Under the pieces are notes generated by a model, which worked only from the letters and a program-made list of their open reading frames with translations, was not told the DNA's origin and did not search any database. DNA of 64,000 nucleotides, taken from the NCBI GenBank assembly GCA_964016885.1, contig OZ024751.1, positions 22,506,001-22,570,000 of the forward strand, read 5' to 3'. Numbering within the stretch: the stretch's first letter is position 1; each line of letters opens with the position of its first letter. Both the position numbers and the translations under genes were made by a program. The stretch comes from Eledone cirrhosa. Taxonomy: Eukaryota. This document shows, one piece after another, positions 41,621 to 58,046 of the stretch.

Positions 41621-42687
41621 TGTTTTCAAATACATTTTAAAAAATAATCAATAATTTGGATTGGTTCATTATTAAGCAGTTATTTGTAGGATAATTTAAA
41701 TTGTTTGTTACCACATTTCTAAGTTGTGTTTGGAACATAATTTAACAAAGGTTCTTACACAAGATCATTGCATTTTTTTGTGATAAATATAACCACTTTA
41801 AAACAATTGACTTAGTATCGTAAACCCATAGGTGATTTCAGGCAGTTGGGTATATAAGAGGGATTAACAATATAGATTGATAATATACCAGGTACATGTG
41901 AATAATAAGTTTATTATCCTTAGATTAGAATGTAAAGCGCCGTTTCTAATCCAGTCTAATATTACATATTGCTATTATGTAATGGGAGGTGGGGAATTGG
42001 TAGAGTAGTTAGAACGTCGGTTAAACTGCTTTGTTCTGAGTTCAAATCACACCGATGTCAGCTTTGCCTTTCCTCATTTCAAGATCGATAAAAAAAAACA
42101 AAACGTACCAGTCCAGACCATTGCTAAGGTTGATTCTTTCTCTATATCTCTTTCTCTCTACCTATCTACCACTCTCTCTTCTTTTCTGGAATAAATTAGA
42201 TGTGTTCCGACCTGGAGAGGGGTATAAGCTAGGCTAGGTTTAAAATGCCCAAGAAACGCCGATACCCCCTACGACACCACCAGCAGTTACGGGTCCGTCC
42301 ATATATACATTATGTAATTGATTTATCCTTTACTTCAAACAACAGGCCTGATCCTTAAATTAGAAACCCTTAGAATACCAGAACAGTAAAGATTGGAAAG
42401 GGTTTTTCTAACATAATGAAAAAAAAAGGAAGGGGTGGGGAAACCAATTAAGGAATATTATGTCGATATTTATAGGTTATGCCCCTTGCTGATATGGAAA
42501 TAAACTCAGTAACTTAAATACAAGCAAAAAATCGAACTGTATGGCGCATACATACACACAGGCATACTTACAAACACACACATAAAGATACGTACACACT
42601 AAAGCACGCATACATACGTGTCACACGCAAACTTACAATCATACACACAAACACAAGCAAACAGAAACACACACACACACACAAACA

Positions 42688-42735
<48 letters not shown>

Positions 42736-42795
42736 AGCACACACACACAAGCTCACACACACACACACACACACACGCAAGCACACACACACAAG

Positions 42796-42833
<38 letters not shown>

Positions 42834-43869
42834 AGCACACACACACAAGCTCACACACACAAACACACACACACACACACACACACACGCAAGCACACAC
42901 ACACAAGCTCACACACACACACACACACACAGACACACACACACACACACGCAAGCACACACACACAAGCTCACACACACAAGCTCACACACACACACAC
43001 AAGCGCACACACACACAAGCACTCGCCCCAGACAAATCTATAATCATTGAGTTTATCAAAGAACACAAGGAGTGTTAGAAACTAACAAAAGAAATATTCT
43101 GCATATTGGAGCAGTGTTGGGGTACGTGTGTGTATGTGAGTGTAAGTGTGTGTTATGTATATATGTGCGTTTACGTGTGCTGCGTGTGTATGTGTATGTA
43201 GTGCGTATCTATGCATGTGTGTAGGATGGGATAGAATGTAAAGGGTGTGTATGTGTGAGTGTAATGTTATGTGTGAGTGTGTGTAGGATGTGATAGAATG
43301 TAAAGGGTGTGTATGTGTGAGTGTAATGTTATGTGTGAGTGTGTGTAGGATGTGATAGAATGTAAAGGGTGTGTATGTGTGAGTGTGTATGTTTATGTAT
43401 GTGTGCGTGCTTATGCATGTGTGTAGGATGTGCTAGAGTGTAAAGGCTGGGTATGTGTGAGTGTGTGTGTTATGCGTGTCTATGCGCGTGTGTATTTGTA
43501 TGTTGGAGCTGTGGAAGTGCGCATTTGATGTGTGTGTGTGTGAAGGTTGTGTGTTTTTATGTGTGTGTGAGTGTGTGTAGGGTATATATTTATATATATA
43601 TATATATATATAAATATATATGTATGTATGTATATATATACATACATACATATATAAATATATACACTGTGGGTGTATGTATGTGAGTGTGTGTAGGGCA
43701 TATACATATATATATATGTATATATATGTATATATATGTATATATATGTATATATATGTATATATATATGTGTATATATATATGTGCCTATGTGTGTGTG
43801 TGGATGTGAGTGTGTAGGGTATATATATATAAATATACATATATATACATATATGTATATGTGTATATA

Positions 43870-44587
43870 TATGTGTGTGCGTTTGTGTGAAGTATGTGTC
43901 AATATATATATATATGTGCATGTGTACGTGTGTTTGTGTGAAGTATGCGTCAGTATATATATATGTGCGTGTGTGTGTTTGTGTGAAGTATGTGTCAGTA
44001 TTTATATATATGTGTGTGTGTGTGTGTTTGTGTGAAGTATATGTCAATATATATATATATATATGTGCGCGTGTATGTGTGTGTGTGTGAAGTATGTGTC
44101 AATATATATATGTGCGTGTGTGTGTGTTTGTGTGAAGTATGTGTCAATATATATATATATATATATGTGCGTGTGTATGTGTGTGTGAAGTATCTGTCAA
44201 TATATATATGTGCGTGTGTATGTGTGTGAAGTATGTGTCAATATATATATATATGTGCGCGTGTATGTGTGTGTCTGTGAAGTATGTGTCAATATATATA
44301 TGTGCGTGTGTGTGTGTTTGTGTGAAGTATGTGTCAATATATATATATATATATGTGCGCGTGTATGTGTGTGTCTGTGAAGTATGTGTCAATATATATA
44401 TGTGCGTGTGTGTGTGTTTGTGTGAAGTATGTGTCAATATATATATATATATATATATATGTGCGTGTGTGTGTGTTTGTGTGAAGTATGTGTCAATATA
44501 TATATATATGTGCGCGTGTATATGTGTGTGTGAAGTATGTGTCAATATATATATGTGCGTGTGTGTGTGTTTGTGTGAAGTATGTGT

Positions 44588-44634
<47 letters not shown>

Positions 44635-44640
44635 CGTGTG
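43870..44640. repeat. compound minisatellite: gtgaagtatgtgtcaa + (TA)n + (TG)n
   Basis: About 14 units of variable length. Confidence 0.9.
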
Positions 44641-44902
44641 TGTGTGTGGATGTGTGTGGAATTGGAAGATAAGTAATTGTAAAGAAAGAGTTTAAAGAAA
44701 CAACTTATTATTAAGTTTTTCTACGATAGGTTGGGAAGTTGGGAAATGGGAAGATTTGGAGCTGGAGAAGATTCAAAGCATGTTTATGGATCAAATTGCT
44801 GTTTATACACATGAGAAACATCAAAAGCACCATGTAGATTATTTCAACAAATCAATATATATATGTGTCTGTGCATGTATGCAAATGTATATATATATAT
44901 AT

Positions 44903-44936
<34 letters not shown>

Positions 44937-44973
44937 ACATACATGTAAGTGTACGTACGTTTCTGTAAATGTA

Positions 44974-45029
<56 letters not shown>

Positions 45030-45152
45030 TATTTATATACATATATATATATATATATACATGTAAGTGCGCGTTTGTGTGAATGTGTGCATATATATAT
45101 ATCAGAAGATTATCTAACATACATCACACACAAGCACACATATTTATGTATG

Positions 45153-45227
<75 letters not shown>

Positions 45228-45280
45228 TACAATAGGTGTATATATATATACAATAGGTGTATATATATACATTACAATAG

Positions 45281-45346
<66 letters not shown>

Positions 45347-45837
45347 CTATTGTAACGTGTTCTTATCTAAGTGAGATAAGAGATAGAATTCCAACAACAT
45401 TTGTAATTGTATCTTTGTATGTCGACCCCCCCCCCCCCCCCCCAAGAAAAAAAAAATAAATAAAAAGCATAATAAAAATAAAAAGACTTATTAAGGCAGA
45501 AAACATAATCCTTCTTTTTTGTATATTATTATTATCATTTTTGTTGTTATTGGTAACAATAATAAAATAATAATAATAATAATATCATTTCCGATAAGAA
45601 GTTCTATAGACACGGGGGATATCAGCTTTCGAAAATAATATCTCGCATCGATTAATTAATTATAGCTAGCAGGGTAATTAAAAGTTAGAAAAGAAAGATC
45701 TATAAGGAAAACTAATAATAATTTTTTGAGTAATAATAATAATATTAATAACATTATAATTTATTATCATTTGATATTGTTGTAATTGTTGTGGTAATCG
45801 ACGTACTTTAATTTCATAATTATTTTATTCTCTCGCG

Positions 45838-46970
<1,133 letters not shown>

Positions 46971-46974
46971 TATT

Positions 46975-47802
46975 AGTTATACTATTTATGGTTATGTAAA
47001 CACAAAACCTTAAGCAGTTGTAAGTATTTTACACACACCCTAAATAGTGGTAGGCAGTAATGTATTACTACCTTATTACCAGTAAGTTAAGTAGCTCAAT
47101 GTAAAAACATCAGATGATTTACAGAGCAGTTATATGAAATATAAGAATCAAAGAACTGTTCAAAACATTATTGTGCTTACAGCTGTTTCCTCCAAACCGA
47201 GGTTTGGATTCTTCGGAGCAATTTATTAATGCATGGACAGTTATATGACCTCCTTTTCAGCCGAGAGACATACCAATACATATTCAAACATTGATACATA
47301 TTCAAACATTGTGGGTCAACATTCATTACAGAATTTAGAGTGGCAGTACACACTTCGAGATTACATTTATATTAATAGGTACAATCAAAAAAATCAAAGA
47401 TATAGGTTAAAGTACAACATGAAGATAAGTGGTTATATAGTGCAAATGTTATATGTGTGGCACGCATGTGCGTCTTGTTTATATAGTGTGGCAGAGAGAT
47501 ATGTGTGGTAGAGGCACTTAGGTAGGTAAATAAGAGTTGATTTTTTTGATTGTACCTATTAATATAAATGTAATCTCGAAGTGTGTACTGCCACTCTAAA
47601 TTCTGTAATGAATGTTGACCCACAATGTTTGAATATGTATCAATGTTTGAATATGTATTGGTATGTCTCTCGGCTGAAAAGGAGGTCATATAACTGTCCA
47701 TGCATTAATAAATTGCTCCGAAGAATCCAAACCTCGGTTTGGAGGAAACAGCTGTAAGCACAATAATGTTTTGAACAGTTCTTTGATTCTTATATTTCAT
47801 AT
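46975..47802. mobile_element. HHR-bearing inverted-repeat element, family D
   Basis: Arms ~47133-47395 and ~47537-47802 (~265 bp, essentially identical; the ORF track gives the same 55-aa translation on both strands) around a ~140 bp spacer. The left arm extends to ~46975. Flanked by (TA)n-rich tracts. Confidence 0.78.
47714..47760 (+). ncRNA. minimal hammerhead-like motif with variant core CCGAAGA (family D)
   Basis: tgct-CCGAAGA-a-tccaaacc/tc/ggtttgga-g-GAAA-c agct g-TA-agca. Stem I is tgct/agca and stem III is the palindrome ACAGCTGT. A mirror copy lies at 47174-47220 (-). Confidence 0.6.
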
Positions 47803-47809
47803 ATTTCAT

Positions 47810-47931
<122 letters not shown>

Positions 47932-47934
47932 CAT

Positions 47935-47969
<35 letters not shown>

Positions 47970-48044
47970 ATATATATAATATTTATCCATTTGCGTTTAA
48001 ATTTCCAAAATGTGAGTGAATAACGTTTCACTAATTCCTTAAAA

Positions 48045-48084
<40 letters not shown>

Positions 48085-48369
48085 CATGCGTTTAAATGTG
48101 TAATTCATTTTTTTTCATTTTTCATTGAAGCAACAGACAATAACAACTCTATAGAGAGAGGGTTTTCTTTTTTTTTTGTTCTTGTTTAGTTACTATCACT
48201 TTCGCTTTTAATGAATATTGCATTGTGTAGAAGGATATCAGAGCCATTGAAATCTATATCGTATTATCTCGCTCTCGCTACCCCCTCTCTGTCGTACGTG
48301 CGCTCTCTCTATTCATTCGTCTTTCTCTGTGTGTATATGTATCTCTGTTATTCTATCAGTCTCTCTCTC

Positions 48370-48415
<46 letters not shown>

Positions 48416-48686
48416 CCTGTCTATTTTTCTTTATAGTCTAATCTATCTGCTTAAATGCAGGCTGGATAGGGTGGCTTTTACATTCTCCTACTTACATTCA
48501 AGCAGATGTGTAAAGAAAAACATATCGTTAATTGATAACACTACCATCTCATGTCTTTTGCAAAACATCAACCGGATGCTGCCCCATGCTCAGTTGATGT
48601 TTCGTGTTCAAATCCCATTGCAGTCATCTTTGTCATTCACCCTTCTGGGTTCGATTAAATAAGATACAGGAATCAATTTACGTGGT

Positions 48687-48786
<100 letters not shown>

Positions 48787-49000
48787 CTCTCTCTCTCTAT
48801 CTGCCTCTCTCTCTCTCTCCGCCTCTCTCTTTCTCTCCCTCTAATTGTGTATCATTGCGCCACTCAAATGGATATTAATGTTTGGTCTTGTTTACCTCCA
48901 GATATATTCCAAGAACTATAAGACCTACGATCAAAGAAAATCCGCGTTCTAACCACGTGATCATTTTGTTTCAGACCGTATATATATATATATATATATA

Positions 49001-49069
<69 letters not shown>

Positions 49070-49185
49070 AAGTTATATTTAAAATTGTTGGGTTACAACT
49101 AGTAAATATTGTTAATATGATATCCCCGAAATATATATAATGAAATAAATATGGTTTTATAAATATAGTTTTCCATTTATTTAAT

Positions 49186-49222
<37 letters not shown>

Positions 49223-49399
49223 CATATACATATCATTGATCACAGTATCCTCCAATGTGCCTTTCATTTTTAAAGACGGGATTAAATGATCTGAGGGAGA
49301 TGTGACAGTTATTTCTAACAGGTTCTCAGACCATATAATGGCTCTAATTTTATTTTCGAGTTTGTTGATATTGTGTAGCTTCTGACCAGCCTCGATCGA

Positions 49400-49776
49400 T
49401 TAGGGTTACGGCAAGTAGGACATTTCATCAGATGATGAAGTTCAAAGTAGGTGAGAGGATGAGGAAACTTTGAGTCTGTCTATCAGGACACTGTGAACGA
49501 CATCCAGAAGAAGATGAGTCAAATCTGGTCCTGTGGGATCCATGACATGGAAGGGTGAAAGGATGATGGACGCTATGTCACATTCATTGGCGACCTGAAG
49601 TAAGATATTGACCTGCAATCAATCCAGGAACTGAAGACAGCAGTGCTGGACATCATATGACGTACATTGATAACCTAAATCAGGACACTAGCTTCGAATC
49701 TATTCAGGAAATGAAGATGGTATTGATGGGCAGAGAAGTGTGATGGACATTGTGTTGTACATATGTCACATACATT
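49400..49776 (+). pseudogene. decayed C-terminal end of an RTE-type LINE ORF
   Basis: Translates to LSGHCERHPEEDESNLVLWDP*HGR...VTFIGDLK*DIDLQSIQELKTAVLD, resembling the 'LAGHC.RH.E...LVLW.P.HG...GRP..TYID.L' tail of RTE-group ORFs. Confidence 0.6.
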
Positions 49777-51200
49777 GACAACCTGAAGCAGGACACTGGT
49801 CTGGAATATATCCAGTGACTGAAGATGGTAATGATGGACAGACAAGTGTGGTGGACATCATGTCACATACATTGACAACCTGAAGCAGGACACTGGCCTG
49901 GAATATATCCAGTGACTGAAGATGGTAATGATGGACAGACAAGTGTGGTGGACATCATGTCACATACATTGACAACCTGAAGCAGGACATTGGCCTGGAA
50001 TATATCCAGTGACTGAAGATGGTAATGATGGACAGACAAGTGTGGTGGACATCATGTCACATACATTGACAACCTGAAGCAGGACACTGGCCTGGAATAT
50101 ATCCAGTGACTGAAGATGGTAATGATGGACAGACAAGTGTGGTGGACATCATGTCACATACATTGAGGACCTGAAGCAGGACACTGGCCTGGAATATATC
50201 CAGTGACTGAAGATGGTAATGATGGACAGACAAGTGTGGTGGACATCATGTCACATACATTGACAACCTGAAGCAGGACACTGGCATTGAATCTATCCAG
50301 GAACTGAAGATGGTAATGATGGACAGACAAGTGTGGTGGACATCATGTCACATACATTGACAACCTGAAGCAGGACACTGGCATTGAATCTATCCAGGAA
50401 CTGAAGATGGTAATGATGGACAGACAAGTGTGGTGGACATCATGTCACATACATTGACAACCTGAAGCAGGACACTGGTCTGGAATATATCCAGTGACTG
50501 AAGATGGTAATGATGGACAGACAAGTGTGGTGGACATCATGTCACATACATTGACAACCTGAAGCAGGACACTGGCATTGAATCTATCCAGGAACTGAAG
50601 ATGGTAATGATGGACAGACAAGTGTGGTGGACATCATGTCACATACATTGACAACCTGAAGCAGGACACTGGTCTGGAATATATCCAGTGACTGAAGATG
50701 GTAATGATGGACAGACAAGTGTGGTGGACATCATGTCACATACATTGAGGACCTGAAGCAGGACACTGGTCTGGAATATATCCAGTGACTGAAGATGGTA
50801 ATGATGGACAGACAAGTGTGGTGGACATCATGTCACATACATTGACAACCTGAAGCAGGACACTGGCATTGAATCTATCCAGGAACTGAAGATGGTAATG
50901 ATGGACAGACAAGTGTGGTGGACATCATGTCACATACATTGACAACCTGAAGCAGGACACTGGCATTGAATCTATCCAGGAACTGAAGATGGTAATGATG
51001 GACAGACAAGTGTGGTGGACATCATGTCACATACATTGACAACCTGAAGCAGGACACTGGTCTGGAATATATCCAGTGACTGAAGATGGTAATGATGGAC
51101 AGACAAGTGTGGTGGACATCATGTCACATACATTGAGGACCTGAAGCAGGACACTGGTCTGGAATCTATCCAGGGACTGAAGATGATAATGATGGGGAGA
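49777..51200 (+). repeat. 97-bp tandem satellite, ~14.5 near-identical units
   Basis: The unit gacaacctgaagcaggacactgg...catcatgtcacatacatt recurs at 49777, 49874, 49971 and onward. Confidence 0.95.
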
Positions 51201-51439
51201 TAATTGTGAAAAAGGAATCTTGTTGCTTTAGCCCAGGGGGTCGACCTAATTAACTAATCAACTAATCTAGGTTCTGTCGACACATCCTTACATCCAGATA
51301 TATCATGTCTTCATGTGAAACCTTCTGTGAAAGATATCAATGTTTAATTAATTAAATATCAGTATAATCATAATAACAATGTTAATTAGCATTATGACCA
51401 GGATAATTGTCATTATAATAATGGTGAACATCGTCATGA

Positions 51440-52277
51440 TAACACCACCACTACCACCACCAACACCACCACCACCCACCATCGCCACCACCACCAACAG
51501 CAACACTACCATTACCAACACTGCAGCCACCAACAACTCAACCACCACCACCACCACCACCACTACACCCACAACGACCACCACCATCACCAACTCTACG
51601 ACCTTCAACACACCACCATCAACAATACAACGACGACCACGACGACCACCACCATCACCACCACCACCACCACCACCATCACTACCATCACCACCACCTT
51701 CACCACCACCACCATCACTACCATCACCACCACCACCACCACCACCATCACTACCATCACCACCACCTTCACCACCACCACCATCACTACCATCACCACC
51801 ACCACCACCACCACCACCACCACCACCATCATCATCACCACCACCACCACCATCACTACCATCACCACCATCACCACCACCACCACCACCACCATCACTA
51901 CCATCACCACCATCACCACCACCACCACCACCACCACCACCACCACCACCATCACCACCATCACCACCACCACCACCACCACCACCACCACCACCATCAC
52001 CACCACCACCACCACCACCACCACCACCACCACCATCACCACCACCTTCACCACCACCACCACCACCACCACCACCATCACTACCATCACCACCACCATC
52101 ACCACCACCACCATCACCATCACCACCACCATCACTACCATCACCACCACCACCACCACCACCACCACCACCATCACCACCATCACCACCATCACCACCA
52201 CCATCACCGCCACCATCACTACAACTACCACCACCACCACCACCACCACCACCGCCACCATCACCACCACCATCACT
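51440..52277. repeat. (CAC/CAT)n trinucleotide tract
   Basis: Direct inspection. Confidence 0.95.
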
Positions 52278-53136
52278 GTATATCCTAATTATCACCAATA
52301 ACCTCAGGACAATAAGGAAACCTGACCAATAAACACAATTGTTTAAGCCAACTAAAAAAAAATAATAAAACATTATATACACAACCTATATACACATATA
52401 TACACATATACACATATACACAACCTATATACACATATACACAACCTATATACACATATATACACATATACACAACGTATATACACATATATACACATAT
52501 ACACAATCTATATACACATACCCATATACACATACCCATATACACATATATACACATATACACAACTTATATACACATACCTATATACACATATATACAC
52601 ATATATTCACTGTCCTTTTACATATATGTACATGTACATACATTGTCTATATACATAGAGTATATGTACATATGAATATACATACATATGAATATACATA
52701 CATTTGTCTATATACATATATGTACACATGAATATACATACAGTCTATATACATATATGTACATATGAATATACATACATTTGTCTATATACATATATGT
52801 ACACATGAATATACATACAGTCTATATACATATATGTACATATGAATATACATACATTGTTTATATACATATATGTACATATGAATATACATACATTGTC
52901 TATATACATATATGCACATATGAATATACATACATTGTCTATATACATGTACATACACATATACATATACATACACATATACATATACATACACATATAC
53001 ATAGATTAATGAAATATATGACCAGAAGCATAAAAACACGTACGCACGTATACTTCCATCTATACATACATACACATGCATACGAACATACACTCACGCA
53101 CAGGCACACAATTATATATATATATACACACACACC

Positions 53137-53184
<48 letters not shown>

Positions 53185-53277
53185 TAAGTGAATAAATACA
53201 TACATGCATATAATCACACACAAACTTATACATATATACATGAAAATATAAATACATACTTAAGTGTACATTTATCC

Positions 53278-53411
<134 letters not shown>

Positions 53412-53747
53412 GAGGTCTTCACATGAATCATGATTGCGGCACTATTCCATATTAACTCGAGTGAGAATCTCCTATCATAGTAATCATAATTGATCTCAAT
53501 ATTGATCACATATTGATCTCAATCATTACATCCATGTATGAATCGATGTTGTTGTTGTTGTTGTTGTTGTGCTGTTGTTAGATCGATTGATGTTTTTTTT
53601 TCTATTATTTGTTTTAGTGATTGTTTTGTGAATTTTCATATCTATCTCATCTCTCTCTTTTTCTCACACAATTGAGTAAGCACAAATGTGTGTACATTTA
53701 TACACACAGACAGATACACATATTATATATATATATATATATATATA

Positions 53748-53794
<47 letters not shown>

Positions 53795-53887
53795 GTGTGT
53801 GTGGTGATGTGTATATATATATATATATATTACATCTATCAAATGTAACGTTTGCAGTGGGAGAAGTGCTGTTTATAATAGCACAAG

Positions 53888-53953
<66 letters not shown>

Positions 53954-54069
53954 ATCCATATGAGGTTGACGGTTGTGGTTCCCCATTAGTGGAATAAATA
54001 TATATATACATATATATATATGTCTACACGCACGAACATATATATATATATATATGTCTACACACAGGA

Positions 54070-54136
<67 letters not shown>

Positions 54137-54180
54137 TACACGCACGAACATATATATATATATATATGTCTACACACAGG

Positions 54181-54271
<91 letters not shown>

Positions 54272-54420
54272 ATGCAATGTGCACATGCTGCAGACTTCCA
54301 GTTGCAGCTGAAAACCAAATGTACATTTCACCTACTGCTCTAAAACATACCAGTAACCTATATTGTTGGTATAGATAAAGAAACAGTCTTCCTCTTCCTT
54401 AGAACATATATCACACACAT

Positions 54421-54495
<75 letters not shown>

Positions 54496-54722
54496 CACAC
54501 ACACACACACTCACACAGAGAAACACACACACACACACGAACACACACACACACACATACAGATAAACATACACATAAACATATTCGTTATATACACTCA
54601 GAGAAACACATGCACACTTACAGATAAACATACACATAAACATATTCGTTATATACACACACATACACACAGAAATAAACACATACACACACACACAAAC
54701 ACATACTCTCTCACACATACAC

Positions 54723-54784
<62 letters not shown>

Positions 54785-54854
54785 GTTTCTCTCTGTCTAA
54801 CACACATTCAATCTGTCTCTTATTTGGTCTCTTTCTTAATCACCTTACCTCTCT

Positions 54855-54916
<62 letters not shown>

Positions 54917-55289
54917 AGAAAAAAAGAGAATCAGTGTTGAGACAAATGGAATTGATTGGACATATTACAATCGTTTCTCTGGCGACCAGCTCGAGTCACG
55001 ATCGATGTGATGATCGAACCTGACTCTGAAAATCGCAAGGTCTTCAGATACGTCTTGATTCTACGAAGCAGATTTTCCTAATATATATATATATGTGTGT
55101 GTGTGTGTGTTTGTTTGTATGTGTGTATGTGCTGTGTAAAGCAGTACTCTAATTTAGCTTCAGAAAAGACTAACAATCACACATACATATGTGTATATTT
55201 GTGTGTAAAATAGTACTCTAATTTGTCTGTAGAAAAGCAAGAGCATCACATACACACATACACGCATATATATATATACACACACACAC

Positions 55290-55340
<51 letters not shown>

Positions 55341-55347
55341 TATATAT

Positions 55348-55392
<45 letters not shown>

Positions 55393-55396
<4 letters not shown>

Positions 55397-55652
55397 TGTA
55401 ATAAACAACATAAGATAATTAATTCATTTACCAGTGGTTTCTTGAAGACAGATATTTATATCTGTCTTCAGTCGTCAGAAAGAATAAAATGGAATTTTAT
55501 TCTTTCTGACGACTGAAGACAGATATGAATATCTGTCTTCAAGAAACCACTGGTACATGAATTAATTATCTTATGTTATTTATTACATAACGAAAAAGCT
55601 CTGTAACCTACATAGAGCACTCTTTTTTCCTTTACCTTTCCTACGGAAATAC

Positions 55653-55657
<5 letters not shown>
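55393..55657. mobile_element. HHR-bearing inverted-repeat element, family C
   Basis: Arms 55393-55490 and 55494-55591 around a 3-bp loop, with a tail to ~55657. (TA)n on both sides. Confidence 0.75.
55499..55562 (+). ncRNA. hammerhead ribozyme motif with 13-bp stem II (family C)
   Basis: attcttt-CTGACGA-c-tgaagacagatat/ga/atatctgtcttca-a-GAAA-cca c tgg-TA-catgaat. A mirror copy lies on the minus strand at ~55422-55485. Confidence 0.65.
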
Positions 55658-55699
<42 letters not shown>

Positions 55700-55701
<2 letters not shown>

Positions 55702-55880
55702 CGAAGGAAATGTGGTAAGGAACCAGGTGGACCATAACGCACCAAAGTACTCAATACTTAGGGTAGTAGAGTGGGTAATAGGAACGAGTAGGACCCCGAC
55801 GACTGAGCTCAAGCCGTTTCGAATTAGCCGTCGAAACGGCTTGAGCTCAGCCGTCGGGGTCCTACTCGTTCCTATATATA

Positions 55881-55935
<55 letters not shown>

Positions 55936-56018
55936 GTATACATATACATACTTGGTATGTATATGTTCGAATTAGCCGTCGAAACGGCTTGAGCTCAGCC
56001 GTCGGGGTCCTACTCGTT

Positions 56019-56023
<5 letters not shown>
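55700..56023 (-). mobile_element. palindromic element, family F, with local tandem duplication of one arm
   Basis: Tail 55700-55777, inverted repeat 55778-55875, and a second copy of the right arm at 55967-56023. Embedded in (TA)n. Confidence 0.75.
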
Positions 56024-56073
<50 letters not shown>

Positions 56074-56281
56074 GTATACATATACATACTTGGTATAGAT
56101 TTAGAAACAAACGACTTTAGCAAGTCAAATAACTATATGACCGCTGTCGCCTCCATTCCTACATGTTTGTATTTGTTTTGTATTGTTTGTATATAAAACA
56201 TCATCTTTCTACGAGTACATTAATACTAATCATACATTCATACCTATATATATCCATGTATGCATACATATATACACATGC

Positions 56282-56429
<148 letters not shown>

Positions 56430-56523
56430 GTATGTATATATATATACAACATATATATATATATATGTATGTATGTGTGTGTTTGTTTGTATGTGTGTAT
56501 GTGATGTGTAAAGCAGTTCTCTA

Positions 56524-56562
<39 letters not shown>

Positions 56563-56572
56563 TGTATAAACA

Positions 56573-56624
<52 letters not shown>

Positions 56625-56634
56625 TGTATAAACA

Positions 56635-56684
<50 letters not shown>

Positions 56685-56730
56685 TGTATGAACATATATG
56701 TACATATATACACATGCATGCATGTGTATA

Positions 56731-56761
<31 letters not shown>

Positions 56762-56837
56762 TCATGTATGAACATATATGTACATATGCATGCACACACA
56801 TAGACAATCACACACACACACACATATATATATACTC

Positions 56838-56873
<36 letters not shown>

Positions 56874-56991
56874 AGACGCATACATCAGCTACAATTGTGT
56901 GCATGTCTGTGACTATTGGAATGCTATGGAGTAATGTACACACATGTATACACATGTACACACACACATGTATACACATGTATACACATGT

Positions 56992-57024
<33 letters not shown>

Positions 57025-57717
57025 AACACGTCCAACACACACATAAACACACATGCGCACCACCACACACAGGCACTCGCACCCTCACCCACACCCCACC
57101 CTGCCCACATAAACAGACATGCCCTTCCCCCAACCCCACCACACACAAACACACACATATACACACATAAACACACACATATACACACATGCGCGCCCCC
57201 ACACCCACATAAACAGACACCCCCCTCTCCCCAACCCCCAACACACACAAACAAACACACATATATATATATATACAAACATACAAACATACAAACATAT
57301 ATACAAATATGTATGCGTGTAGCATGCATGCATTGGCATGCGTTTCGTCGTTTGTGTATTAGTTTTCATCGTCCCTAGAGGTCGCTAGCTACTGGCTGGC
57401 GTGGAGGAGGGGTTGACAAGGATGTGGAGTTCCTGCTTTTAGTATTACTCCAAATATGATTGGTCCGAGGAATTTCTTTCCCCTTCTTCTTCTCATTCGC
57501 CTCCTACTCCTTCTTTCTCAGATCCTGGAAGCTTCTATTTCGATATTTCTAAAAGCTATGACTCAACTCTTACTGAAGCTCCCAGCTTCTAGAGAAATCC
57601 TTTAACTTATTTACCATTTTTTGGTTTTTGGTATTGTATCTATATTATATTTATATTATATTTATGTTATATTTATGTTATATTTATGTTGTATTTATGT
57701 GTTATGATGTTTTATGT

Positions 57718-57769
<52 letters not shown>

Positions 57770-58046
57770 GTTCATATATGTATGCTTATATATATATATG
57801 TATGTATGTGTGTATAAATATATATATGTATGTGTGAGTGTGTCTGTGAATATTTGTGTATGTATGCCTGCATGTATGTATGTGCGTATGTATGCATGCA
57901 TGTATGTATATATGCAAGTATCTATGGATGTATATGCTGTTCGTCGTATACGCTGAGTGAAATATAAAACTTTCAACAGAAATTCATCTTTTATGTTTTT
58001 GCGTGTTTTACTGTTGCCAGATGATGTCTTTATCATTAACATTATT

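Noticed and set aside
47233-47701. Two ORFs with identical N-termini on opposite strands
   Set aside because: This is a by-product of the inverted repeat; the peptide has no recognisable features.
49777-51200. Possible CRISPR-like array
   Set aside because: The units are whole tandem copies with no unique spacers, the context is eukaryotic and there are no cas genes.
51348-52382. Long Pro-rich, Gly-rich and Val-rich ORFs
   Set aside because: These are translations of a (CAC/CAT)n tract that is open in several frames, with no unique domain or exon context.
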